Both the position numbers and the translations under genes were made by a program. Of a stretch of DNA of 64,000 nucleotides, positions 38,413-50,800 are shown in pieces (the stretch's first letter is position 1; each line of letters opens with the position of its first letter). Location: contig OZ024752.1 of the NCBI GenBank assembly GCA_964016885.1, forward strand, positions 43,586,001-43,650,000, written 5' to 3'. The notes below the pieces were generated by a model, which saw nothing but the letters and a program-made list of their open reading frames with translations, made no database searches and was not told the origin of the DNA. The DNA is from Eledone cirrhosa (Eukaryota).

Positions 38413-38738
38413 AGTGCAATTTACCTAGGTAATTCATATAGAATTGTAAACCTCTGTGAGGTTGCTCCCTTCTCAAAATTAAAAACATTTCAAGAAAAAA
38501 AAATATCTTTTGATATTCTATATTTCTTTCAACATATTAATCACAATGCCACAATATTTTTCTTTTTTCTTTTTTTTCTTTTTTTTTTGACAATTATAAA
38601 TTAAAATATGATTTTATATTTATTTGAGGGTTTTTTTTTTAATTGAAATATAAACTGAAATATAATTTTGCTATGAATATTTTTCTCTTTAATTTTCTTC
38701 AATTGTTTTATTTTATGAAAGTTTTTATTTTATTTTCA

Positions 38739-38868
38739 CCATACTATAATAGTATTTTATTTTGACTATACCATAATAGTATTTTATTTTGACTATACCA
38801 TAATAGTATTTTATTTTGACTATACCATAATAGTATTCTATTTTGACTATACTATAATAGTATTTTTT
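38739..38868. repeat. 27-28 bp minisatellite, about 4-5 copies
   Basis: TACCATAATAGTATTTTATTTTGACTA in tandem. Confidence 0.88.
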
Positions 38869-41480
38869 ATCAAAGTTTGCATTATACTTTGTTATTTTTG
38901 GTTTTAATACTGAAGACAGTTCTACTCAACACTTAAGTAATCTCATTTTGTTTTTTGTTGTTTTATTTTTGTTTGTTTTGTTGTTTTTTGTTTTTTTCAA
39001 ATATTTGACTTATGTTACAACTGCAGAAAAATGTATTATCCTCCACCCCACCCCTAAATTTATTCATCCTCATATCAAATCTGTGTTAGGTCATATTTCT
39101 GGGGAAGCTTTGTAGAATCACTATTCATAAAGTAATGTATCTATAAATAACAAATAATACTAAGATTATGTCGATTTGATGAATAGTTAAACACATAATT
39201 CAACCCGAACAAAATGGTTTTTCCTTAAATTGACATTAGTCATATAATGTACTTCTTAAATTGACATTAGTTCCTCATATAATGTACTTCTTTTCACTGG
39301 ATTTTGTCATCTTCAAGCATATCAAAAATGGTTGCTCTTCATAAATGTAAATAGTTTTTCCTGGTTTTTCCTGGTGTGGAAAATGCTTTTTTCTTCTTCT
39401 AAACAAGTTTGGAAACGTACCCTATGTTTTGGACACCAAAGCTTATGTTAATCATAGGTCTAAGTTTTATTTATTTATTTATTTATTTTTTTAAATTTAG
39501 CAATGGAGTAGCATCCATGACATCAGAGCATCTTTGACACTTGGAAATTCTGTATGTAAAATTTTGCAGCAATTTAAAATATTGTTAAACACAACTTGTT
39601 CTCTTATGCAGCCTAGCCGTATTCAGTGTAGAACAGTCGGTACCCTGTACATTTGCATGCACATGCTCGCACACACACACACACACAATTTTACCAATAT
39701 AATGAAAATTAAGCTAATGTTGAGCTGACTGGGGAAAAGGATTATCTTTGTCCTTTTTGTGTGTTATGTGGTTTAAAGTTCTTAAAATCTCCTTTTGAGG
39801 TTTGAAGAAAATTCTACAAGCTGGAATGGATTATATAATTTAAAGAAAAATGCTGTTTAATGAGGTGGGGGAGAATCCTAAGTGAACATGGGGTTCTTGG
39901 AAACTGAAGAAACATGAAAAGGCTGAGCTGGAATATAACTAAATTACTGATGTGAGGTTTGAAATTCTATACTATTACAGAATAGGTAGGAGGTAATCCT
40001 GTTAGATGGATGGGGCAGAGTTGCTATCTAGGTGCAAATAAATGGTATTATGTCTCCCCCCCCACCCCCACCAACGATTGCTGATGATTCAGTTTTAAAA
40101 AAAAAAAGAATTTTATTGTTTTTCATTTTTTTTTTTCATGTTATGAAAGCATAAATATATTTTTCTTTATTATCATTTATTAATTCTGATGTTGTAGCAA
40201 ATATGTTCAAGTATGCATATCTTGAATGTTCAGCTTCTTATTGTATATATTGTTTCCAAAATAAGAGGAAAAACTATTGGGCAAGAATCAGATTTGGTCA
40301 ATGCATCATCTTCTTTACTTTCTTTAATAATTTTTTTTAAAATAAATTTACTTGCCTAATTTTGACATTTACAGTATTAAATTGAAAATATCTGCACACT
40401 TTCTGAATTTCTGTACTTTTCTTTATCATATCAGAATATTTTATGAAATTATTTAAAAGTCTTCAAATTTATATCTTCTAAGAAAAGTATCTCAAATTTA
40501 TCTCAGTAAATCCAAGATAAGCAGTGTACTTTCCAAACATCATTATTAATCTTATACCATTAAACTAATTAGTTTAGTCTTCATAATTAGATAACTGATA
40601 ACGTAGTTATACAATTTTAGTATAAAGAAAAGAGTTAAGCCTTATTCAGTGCTATCATTTAATACATTTTAAAATTTATATTATTATATATGTAAATAAT
40701 ATATATCTAAATAAATATATTAAGATAAGTGGATGGAAAATGTTCAATAATATACATCCTTTTAAAAATATTAATTTCATTATGAATTGTTATTCTTTAT
40801 TCAAATAATTTGATTGATCTTCACTTAATTTCAAACATCAAAATATTTATATTGGATCATTGTAAAAATAGTTTTTTACTGGCTCTAAATATTTTCAATT
40901 CATAATTTATTATAAGTCAATAAAGTACATAAAAGTAAATAGGTACTTGACTGGAAGCTAATGATAGCATGATGATGGTTTCCAAAATTTCTTTTGTCAC
41001 CATATAAACATAACTTAAAAAAGACAGAGCTGACATTATTTCATTGACAAAAATCTAATTAAACCTGTAGTTATGAATAAGGTTTACATAACTGCTAACT
41101 ACCAGTTGCAGGCTATATGAATAAGGCTTATATAGCTGCTATGGTATATCCAATGAAATTCAGTGAAAAAGACAAGTTATTTAAAAATCCAACTTAGATG
41201 TCTGGAGAATTATTCAAACAACTTTCATGAAGTGTTTCTACACAGCAATACTGACACTAAACTCACAATAATGTCAAGATGCAGAATATTCAGTTAAAGT
41301 GTATACATAACATACACACTCACACACACATAAATATGTTATTATGTGAATAACTTGTGGTTACTAGTGGCGATTCAAGCAAAGAACTCAATGCTGTTAC
41401 AAGGTCCGTCTCTCATTAGGTTGTGCTTCAGGTTTAAGGTGGCTGTAGTTTGCAGAGTGTATATATAGAGAGTGACAATA

Positions 41481-41669
41481 AGAATTGCAGCTTTTTGTGA
41501 AACTTTATTTCATATTACAATTGTTTCTATATCAATCAGCTAGGGTTTGATCAGGTATGAGAGTTTATAAGTATTGATTAAGAGTCGGGATCGATCACCT
41601 GATCAAATCCGAGCTGATTGATATAGAAACAATTGTAATATGAAATAAAGTTTCACAAAAGGCTGCAAT

Positions 41670-41700
<31 letters not shown>

Positions 41701-41800
41701 GAAAGCAGCGATTCTTTGATTAAACTTTAATCTGTTATTTTTTATATATATATATATATAAAATAACAGATTAAAGTTTAATCAAAGAATCGCTGCTTTC
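41481..41800. repeat. Two adjacent long inverted repeats
   Basis: Arms 41481-41556 and 41597-41672 (76 bp, 3 mismatches), followed by a near-perfect palindrome 41701-41800 centred on (TA)n. Confidence 0.9.
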
Positions 41801-42257
41801 ACCCTTAACAGGATCTTCTGAAACTCAAGGTCACAATACATCGCCCTGTGTGAGAATCAAACTCAAAACCTCACATTGTAAACCCAACTCTAAACATTAA
41901 GCCTTGTCTTCACAAGCCCAGCATTAGCAATATATATAATTATCATCATTGTTTATGCTGGTATGAGTTAGACAAGTCCCATTCTGAGACTAAATGGTTC
42001 AGATTACTATGTCCTGCTTGTGCGGCATCTCTTCAATACCGTCATCTTATCGTCACTTCTACATTGTTACGCCTTATATCACTTATATCACTTTCCACAT
42101 TATATACAATGCTTCAAGCAAACTACATTTTATTACATATATATATTATATATGATTCAGCGAATTACTTGTGGTGGTACTAATATGAGCACTCGATGCA
42201 TAGCTAGAGTGTATATATTAAGAAAAAAGTTTCATTTACATGTTTTTATTGCTTATC

Positions 42258-42301
<44 letters not shown>

Positions 42302-44609
42302 TACGCGTGTGCATAAAAGGTAAACAGTAATAACAACACAATCGGTACAGTATATGGAAGAAAGAATGAGAAATTAGAAAAACTGAAGGAACTGGTTTAT
42401 TTGGACTGCTTTCCCCACCTTAGTTGTTATAACCCCTTCTAGTGTCATATTCAGTAATATTCTCAGAATGTCAAATGAAAAGGTTACATTGTTCTTATAC
42501 CGTTGTTTCATGTCTGGTGCAACCTCGTAATATGATACAACACTGTAGATACACTAACCTAGAGATTGACCAGCAGTGTCTACAGCACAAGGTCCAGGAA
42601 GGCTATAAATCTGGATAGTACTCAATACATAGTGAGATGTTGAGAGGATGTAGTGAAGAGGTAGATCACAACAGTGAACTCGGCTGCTCCAATTTGATTT
42701 CCACAAATATTTTCCAGGAAACATACATAAATATATTTGATAGATTTCAGCCAATATTGGACCAATAAATGGTTATAAGTGGTGTATGGAGTGATGAAAG
42801 GCAGGGGGTGGGGGGGGTGTATAGAAGACTACTGAGTGCAATGGTGTGGGTATCAACGTGTACAAGCTGAAAGGAAAATAGTTTTGTACCTTTAGAGGAC
42901 TATCTCTTTAATGAAAATATAAAGAATGTAAGATACACCATTGAATGTTTTAAAATTGTAATAGGGCTGAAAACTAAAATAAAATTAAAATATTTAAAAA
43001 TGTTTACTAAACAAGGGAAGTAATTTTCTCAGCTCATTGATACTTTATCACTCATGTATACTATTATACATCATTTCTTTCCAATCCATATATACATACA
43101 CACAAATATTTATATATATGTATATATATATATATATATATTTGTGTGTATTTATACATGTGTGTGTGTACAAAAAAATAAACGGAAACAACACAATATT
43201 AGTTTAATGCTTGATATAGCAGGAAAAGAGTCTTTCATCAGAAGATAGAACGAGGAATAAAAGATGAAATAGAGAGAGAAGAGGAAGACCTAGGCAGAGG
43301 TGGTGAGAGCTGATCTCAAATTGCTGGCACAGAGGAAATGACAAAGGAACACAGCGTTTGGAGAGAGAGTGTTCTGAAGAGGACCTATCCAACCCATGCA
43401 AGCATGGAATAATGATATGTATTTGTTGAGTATGGTTTTCTCATATATTTGTAAGAGACAGACAATAAAGGCTAAAATGAAGTGTCATTGCTCTAATCAA
43501 TATTGGCATTTGAAACTGTCAATTTTCCCTCTTAAAATTGCAGGATTGTTAGAAGACCAAAGAAAATGTTTTGTTCAAATCCTGCCAAGATTGAAGTTTG
43601 CCTTTTAGTTTTTGTATCAAGTAGTTGAGCTGATTTCATCAACTGAGCTTTCCCTAAAAATGCATAATCTTGTGTATCAGAAATCAATATCATAAAGTGG
43701 CTATTTCCATTGAGGTCATTATGGATCTTACAATTGAAATTGGAAAGTAGGAAATGACTAATTAAATACGATTAATCTAAGTAAATGTTCCATTTTCTGG
43801 ATATATGTACACGAAGCATCATTAGTTATATATAAAACATTGTCACAAATATCCCAGTTTTATGGTCAATTAAGTCTTCATCAAAAAATGGTGTTGCGAG
43901 CATAACAGTCTCTTGTAATAAGATTTAGGAGGTTGAACACTGCAGTTATCAAGTTCAGTCATATTTGATAGCTGTCTTAGTTAATATAATCAAATAGAAA
44001 CAACAGTTATGGGTTGTATGTATATTTGTAGTTCATTGTTTAAAAATATGTTAAAGTAAATATTTTCTAAATGAACTAATAATAACAACTGAATTAAATC
44101 ATTTATAGAAAGAAAAGTGTGGTAAGGGATACAGACTAAATATTGGAGCCTACCAGAGTCAGAGTGAGTTCTTCTTCCCCTTACATGCTGCAGTAAAACA
44201 ATATTTTTAATGAATTATAAGAATGACAAAATGCAACCAGTCTACTCTGTAAGGTGGTCAAGTAGTGACATGACAAAGAGCACCCAGTCTACTCTGAGTT
44301 TTCTTGGCCAAATCTGATTAATTAAACATTTTATTGCTCTACATTGTTAGCACTCACTAAACTATTGAATATCATGCAGCTGGCGTAATTTCCCTCTTTA
44401 TAATGGTTTATAATTTGGGCTCAAGGCCAATAATTTGGGAGAGGGGAAAAGTTGATTATATTAACCTAGTACTTGACTGCTACTTTATTTTATCAACCCT
44501 GGGAGGCAAAATTGACCTCAGAATACAGTGAGCTGTAACTAAGGTATATTTGTTGAACGCTCTATTAATTCTGTCAAAACACAACCTTCCCTCGTTATTT
44601 GGAACACTA

Positions 44610-44980
44610 GCTGTAAATTACACATACATGTATACCCGGTCCGAACACAGAGAAACCAAACCATAAGTCATCGCCTCCGCCTCTCCCATCTCTCATTATT
44701 ATGAGCAAACGGGATCCCACGTGCTGGTGGCCCCCGCGGACAGAATACAGAAGGCGTTTCCCCGGAGGATGGTGAGGAAGATGTGCTGGAAGGGCCATTC
44801 CATCTCGCGAGGCTCACACTTGCAGCTAGCCAGCTCTCTGTCGATAGTGGTGAGTAGGGAGGTGGTTCTAGGGCCAAGGACACCAGCAGTCTCCACTGCT
44901 ACAGGCTCGACAACACACCTACCTGAGAGCAACCGATATTTAGAGAGTTTACCCTTCTCAACCCGATGTGCAGGAGTTTT
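44610..44980 (-). mobile_element. 5'-truncated CRE-clade (RLE-type) non-LTR retrotransposon C-terminus
   Basis: Minus-strand translation AHRVEKGKLSKYRLLSGRCVVEPVAVETAGVLGPRT...PREMEWPFQHIFLTILRGNAFCIL fits the K-x2-KY...P(V)AVET-G-G...RGNA signature; GC-rich island. Confidence 0.72.
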
Positions 44981-45840
44981 AAAGATCAGAGATCTGAAGT
45001 GTTATTATCACGATATGATAAAAGAGTTAGCAATGATTAAGTGGTTATCTGTAAAATTTCCGGACCTTTCAAATCTTCAAGTAATTTAATCTTTTAAAGA
45101 GTATTCTTAGAAATAGAGAGAAAAATACCTGACCTTGAAATGAATATATAAAATCACTTATTTAATATTAAATAAAAATTGTGGTGGGATTCATGTTTCT
45201 ATTGATGTAACTATATAGGATATAGGATTACAAATTACTCAAAATAAATTATTTCACTGTTTATGTTCATGTGCTATTTTATTACCCCTAACATGTGTAT
45301 TGCTGGAGACTTTCATTAAATTATTTTTTAATTCTGAAATTAACGAGAAAAGTGTAGTCTCTTTACACATTAGTGTTGAATGTTTTAAACAATTAAATAA
45401 TGTAACTCTTTAACAATTATTTTTGCCTTAAATAGTCCTAACTTATCAATTGAAAAGGAGAAATGAGAAAGAAACGTTTGAAGAGAAATTTGAGAAAAAC
45501 AGATTTATATAAAGTAAATAATCATAAAATCGAGGAGACACCATATTGGATTGATGAATTAAATATTGCCATGGTTACGAAATTTATATCAGAAATCGAG
45601 AGTAGATATACAATATACTTTTTTTTATCATTCAAATAATGTGAAAAATAAAAGAATACTACTTTTAAGTGTGAAACGTTTTTATTTATGGAAGGTCATT
45701 TTACGATGATTTCACGAGTACAGTTAATCGTTTTCGGAATAACAACCGAAGATATCCGATGTATCAAAGATTACGATCTAAATATTAATTAATATTACAC
45801 TGGGAAAATTGCTGGCCTTGTGCCAAAAGTAGAAACAATT

Positions 45841-46142
45841 ATTTACATGGAATTTTAGAAAAATTAGTTCAAAGCATGTAAAATTTGAAAATAGAAAAGA
45901 AATAATATATGAGAAATATGAAGTTTAATGTCATTATTTTCTCCTTCGCGAAAGAGTATTCGATAATTTCCGGAACTTAAGATTTACATGGAATTTTAGA
46001 AAATTAGTTCATAGCATGTAAGATTTCAAAAAATGAAAAACAGAAAAGAAAAAAAAAGAGCTAATAAATGGGAAATATGAAGTTTAATTTTATTATTTTC
46101 TTCTTCGCGAAAGAGTATTCGATAATTTCCGGAACATAAGAT
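45841..46142. repeat. Tandem duplication (~140/160 bp) in a CpG-enriched region upstream of G3BP
   Basis: ATTTACATGGAATTTTAGAAAA...CTTCGCGAAAGAGTATTCGATAATTTCCGGAAC.TAAG occurs twice. Confidence 0.85.
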
Positions 46143-47429
46143 GATTGGGGTTTACATTTTGTTGTAAGCGGGGGGTCTATCCTGCGCAAAGTCTTTTCTA
46201 ATTAAACCGAACTGCGCAGACTTGCATGTGCTGGGTAGGAAGTTATCTTATGAAAATTTAGTAAGTAACTCATTTTTTTGTTGATAAAATGTTTTAGTTT
46301 TCATTGAAAAAAACTTCTTTATTCGCCATTATTTTATTTCCTTTAAATAGAAATAAGAAAGCCATCTTAGATAGCGGTAAATTTGTTTATTTGCAATCTA
46401 TATTAAGAGATATATACAACTATTTACCAAGTGAACTCCAGAAAAAATCCTTAAAGAAATGGGGACATGCTGTGTTAAACTACTTTCAATTGTATTTTAC
46501 ACTTGCGGAATATTGGCAAATATTAGACATTTTATAGAAATATTTATAAAATTAACAACAGTTTTTATTTGATTAATCTATATTTTATAACTTAAAACAT
46601 AATTTGGTGAAAATATTTAACAAACCTTTTTTATAAGACTTTTTCTGTCCGATTTCTTCTACTTTCCAGACATCTCTCAGTTTATAAACTCCGATCTGTA
46701 ATATATATTCATATTTTACACTGAGGCTTACCTTACAGTAATATAACACAGTCTTCATTGTTAACTATTTAATGTAGTATAATAAACTAATAGGTTATGT
46801 CTGATGTCTGACATTGTTTATTGAGATTACTTTTCCTCCTCCTTCATCGTTTTCCCTGATTTTTTTTGGCGGTGGGTGGGGGACTTGTAAAATATTTCTA
46901 CAAGGTTCAATTAGAAACCTATTTTCTAATAATATATATATAATATAAAGGATCATATATATATATAAATAAACAGACATGATGTATAGTGTAACATTAA
47001 GGGCAAGAAAGGAAAAAATATATCTTAATTTGAATAATAAATAGCGCGAATTCTAATAGTATACTTTATACTTTGACTTTTTATTTAAAGAAAAATAAAA
47101 TGTATATACATATATATTATATTTTATAATATATAATATAATCTAGAATGTGTTTGATTGTGGTTTGGTTTATAGGGAAAATGTTGGCCAAAAATGGTGC
47201 CCGCTCTTTTGTTCGTTGTTAATAGGTGAAGGAAATATAATAAAATAACTCCTCAAATAAAACATTAAAAGATGGGAGTTTGTAAGTTATTAACGCTGAA
47301 TAAATATTTAATATTTTACTGCCATCAGTTGTTAATAGAAAGCGTTTCCAGAAAAGATGTTTCTGTTTTATTATAACATTTATAACATGTGCTGAGAGAG
47401 AATGGCTTCATTTGTAAAACTGGGGAATA

Positions 47430-47860
47430 TTTGCTGAAATAAAACCTTATATTATTATGTAAGTTAATATTATTAACAGTTTTATAAGGGCTGGGGGAGC
47501 TTTTATTATATTAAAGCCCCCAAACCTCGAAGAGTATTATATATATATATATATATACACAGCATATTCTGTGGACAATGTTGCAGTTTTAATTAAGGTT
47601 TACTGCTATTATCCATAGTGTTATATATATAATATATATATATTATACATGTATATTCTTGGAGGTTTGGGGGCTTTAATAGAATATATATATACTACTT
47701 GGAGGTTTGGGGTTTGATAGAATATGGTATATATATATATTCTTAGAGGTTTGGGGGGCTTTAATAAAACAACCTCCCCCATGCCTTGTATTATAAAACT
47801 GTTAATAATATTAACTTATATAATAATAATAATAATGTACTGTTTTATTTCTTGATATAT
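47430..47860. repeat. Foldback/MITE-like inverted repeat with internal tandem units
   Basis: TAAGTTAATATTATTAACAGTTTTATAA...ATTAAAGCCCCCAAACCTC is mirrored by GAGGTTTGGGGGGCTTTAAT...TTATAAAACTGTTAATAATATTAACTTA; the unit GAGGTTTGGGG occurs three times. Confidence 0.8.
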
Positions 47861-50800
47861 TTTCACAACTTAACCGCATATTGTTTTTCTAGCGTTTTAA
47901 ACACCATTTCTCAGTCTTGCTTTACCTTTTTGCTATAATATATTTACTATTTTACTTCTTTCTTGACCATTCCCAATATATATTTCTCTCTCTCCCCAGA
48001 CAACTTCAAATCTTCTCTCTTTACTCTAATTTAAAATAAAATAAACTTGCTGGTGTTCTGTGCTACCTTCTTTCTAATTAATGTTTGACTTTCTCTGTCT
48101 CTCACTCTCTCCCCCCTCTAGAAGCTTCTCTCTTCGTTGTCCATTTGTTGTAAATCGATTTAGTCGTATTTAGTTTTATATATATAAGGACAGACCGACC
48201 AGCCGTCTTCTCTATCATTTATTACTTTAGTCACGACACAAAACTCGGGTGAATATTTTCCTCTTCCCATCTTTCTCTAAATTGCTCAACAAAATGGAGG
48301 ATTTCTAGCTTTATTTTTTTATTTCTCTTTCCATTTATAATTTACAACATAACATTTCCCCAATGTTCCCGTCGGCAATTTACTGTTCAGTTGGGCTTAT
48401 TTTTATTATTAAAAAACAAACTATTTTATCATTTACATTATAAATTTCACATTTGCTTCCTCCGATCTCTGGGTGACACCCAACATTTCTTATTGGCTTT
48501 TTCTATAATCTGTGGATAAATTAAAATTTAGAATTGCTTCTTGTAAACTAATAAATTATTGTTAAATTATTACATTCAATCATTGCATTGCTAATTGTTT
48601 TTTTTTTAACAAATAAAAATATTTGGAAATAAGAAAATACCTTTTTACATATTTTGAGATTTTTTTTATTTAAAATAATTGCTTGAAATTGTAAATATTT
48701 TAAGTTGTAATATATTATTAGAATATTAGTTAAAATTTCCAGATAGGTTTTTTTTCCCTACGTTCATTTATTTAGAATGACCTCACGTGGTCGCGCTCTT
48801 CTTTCCTCTCAGATGTCATTTAAACAGTTTAATAATCTATCATCGATTCCATATCTTCTATTCACTTTTATATATTTTTATATTCACTATTATGAGTCAG
48901 CGTATTCCGGTTTAATTTTCTTGTATAAATTTTCTTGTAAAATGTGTTAAACACGTCTACAATTGTTTCTTATGTTTTTATTGTTTCACTTTTTAACGAT
49001 GGAAATTTCGTTTTGAAATGTTGAAATTTCATCGCCTATGTCAGCATTATAATTTTTTTCTTTTCTGCTTTTTGTCAACACTGAAAAAAAGATATAACAA
49101 TTTTATACTTCAATGTTTAGTAAACGAGAAGAACCATATTTAGAAATGAACAACACATTTTGAATTATGACAATAGCGCCTCCTATATATCAATTTACAT
49201 CGACTTTATATAAAATGTCTAATAATATATGTATATAATGAAAGCACAGACGAATTGCTTTCATATATAGAATTCGAGTGTAGTATATAACCCATATATT
49301 CCTCCCTCGTGGATCATTTTATATTTAATCTCGTCGACAATTCCTAATTTATCAAACTACTTTCTTTGACGAGGCCGAATTAAAATGGACTTTTATTACC
49401 ATTCGTTACATTTAAACATGAGTTATTGATCTGATCTTTGTTTAAAACGTAGAAATGTTTATTAAAGTAATGATTAGGTAATTATTAGTCTTGCTGATTT
49501 CTTGATAGGATTCGTTCGATAAATTACTTTAATAAATGAACTTTTATAGATTTTCCTAGAAAATGTCTTCATTTCTTAATTGTAACGAAAGGTTGTGTAA
49601 GGAAGTAAATTTGTTTATAAGGTATGGCAATGAACGTTTCTCTTAGTTTACTAATAGTCTACTAATGGTGGTGTAATTTAATTGAGAAGTTCAGTTAAGG
49701 ATCTATGTTGTTAGTAATACCATTTGACTTTGTTGTTTAGCCCCAGGTCAACCTTGACTCTAAGCCTTTCAGTCATCACTTTCCCGTTTTGTTTTGTATA
49801 TTAAGGACTACATTGTTCAATAAGACGGTCTGGGGGAGATTTGGTCCCTGTTTATAAGCCTTGAGGCTTCTTCTTTTCTAAAGTTTCTTAGTCTGGCATG
49901 TTTGGTGATGCTTCATGGATATGTAGTTTATCTTTTAAAGGGCTGCTTTAAATTTACTCTCCTAACTAAACTGTATTTTATAAACCTTACAAGATCTATT
50001 TCAAACTCGGGTAGAAAAGAAGAGCATTTTTAATTGTATTCAGAATTTTATTAAAACATTTCCTCCCCCATTTATAGTGGAAGATGTTTCCTCTGGTTGT
50101 CTACCGAGGATTTTGATAAGTAAATAGTAAGAAATTGAAGAACCTCAGTCATAAGGAAGTAACCATTGAAACCTTTTGTTGTTATGACTAAGTATAATAC
50201 TAATTAATGCTCGGTGTGTATTTCAAAATTATTTTAGTTATTTATACATAATTGAATCTTCAATTATTATTTTTTTTTTCCGTCTCCCTTTAGTCACTGC
50301 AAGCCATCGCCGTATTACATCTAATCATTATCAAACAATTCCACTAAACTACCATGACTTTGTTCTACCTATGTATGTATCTGTCTTGGAACTGCTATTG
50401 AGATTTGTGCTTTGTTGTTGTTGTTTTTTGAAGATAGATACATTGGTAAATACACATAGATAGCTGTAGGTAGATGAGATGTTGTTTTTATTGTCCGAAG
50501 ATGGACAGCAGTTCTACCATTGATTATCTCGAGGAGAGTGGCTGTCTTGTCAACAGTGCTGTAAGAGAGGAATATATCAAATCACCACCAAGTTATGTGA
50601 TCAAATATTATATGATATATGTAGCCCATCCTTTATATTCTATGTAGTGTTTGTGATCATATGCAATAGATAATAGGTTTCTATTGTTAAATTCAGGAAA
50701 TATTTCAACTCACTTTTTCGCTCCAATTTTTCTGTTTTGACCAACTAATCTTTACTGTAGGAATTCCCAGTTTGCTATTTTGAGGTTTCATTGTCTTTTC

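Larger units (their letters stand above)
45600..49500 (+). promoter_or_regulatory. Probable G3BP promoter / non-coding first exon region
   Basis: CpG dinucleotides are visibly more frequent than in the CpG-depleted SHIP2 introns; TGCGCA x2 (~46183, ~46214); AAAATGG (YY1-like) at ~47191. The ATG exon has an acceptor at 53920, so an upstream exon is needed. TSS not determinable. Confidence 0.4.

Noticed and set aside
38739-38868. 27-28 bp repeats as a CRISPR-like array
   Set aside because: The units are contiguous with no unique spacers, the context is eukaryotic and there are no cas genes; it is a minisatellite.
44721-45089. 122-aa + strand ORF as a novel gene
   Set aside because: It is the antisense shadow of the CRE retrotransposon fragment.
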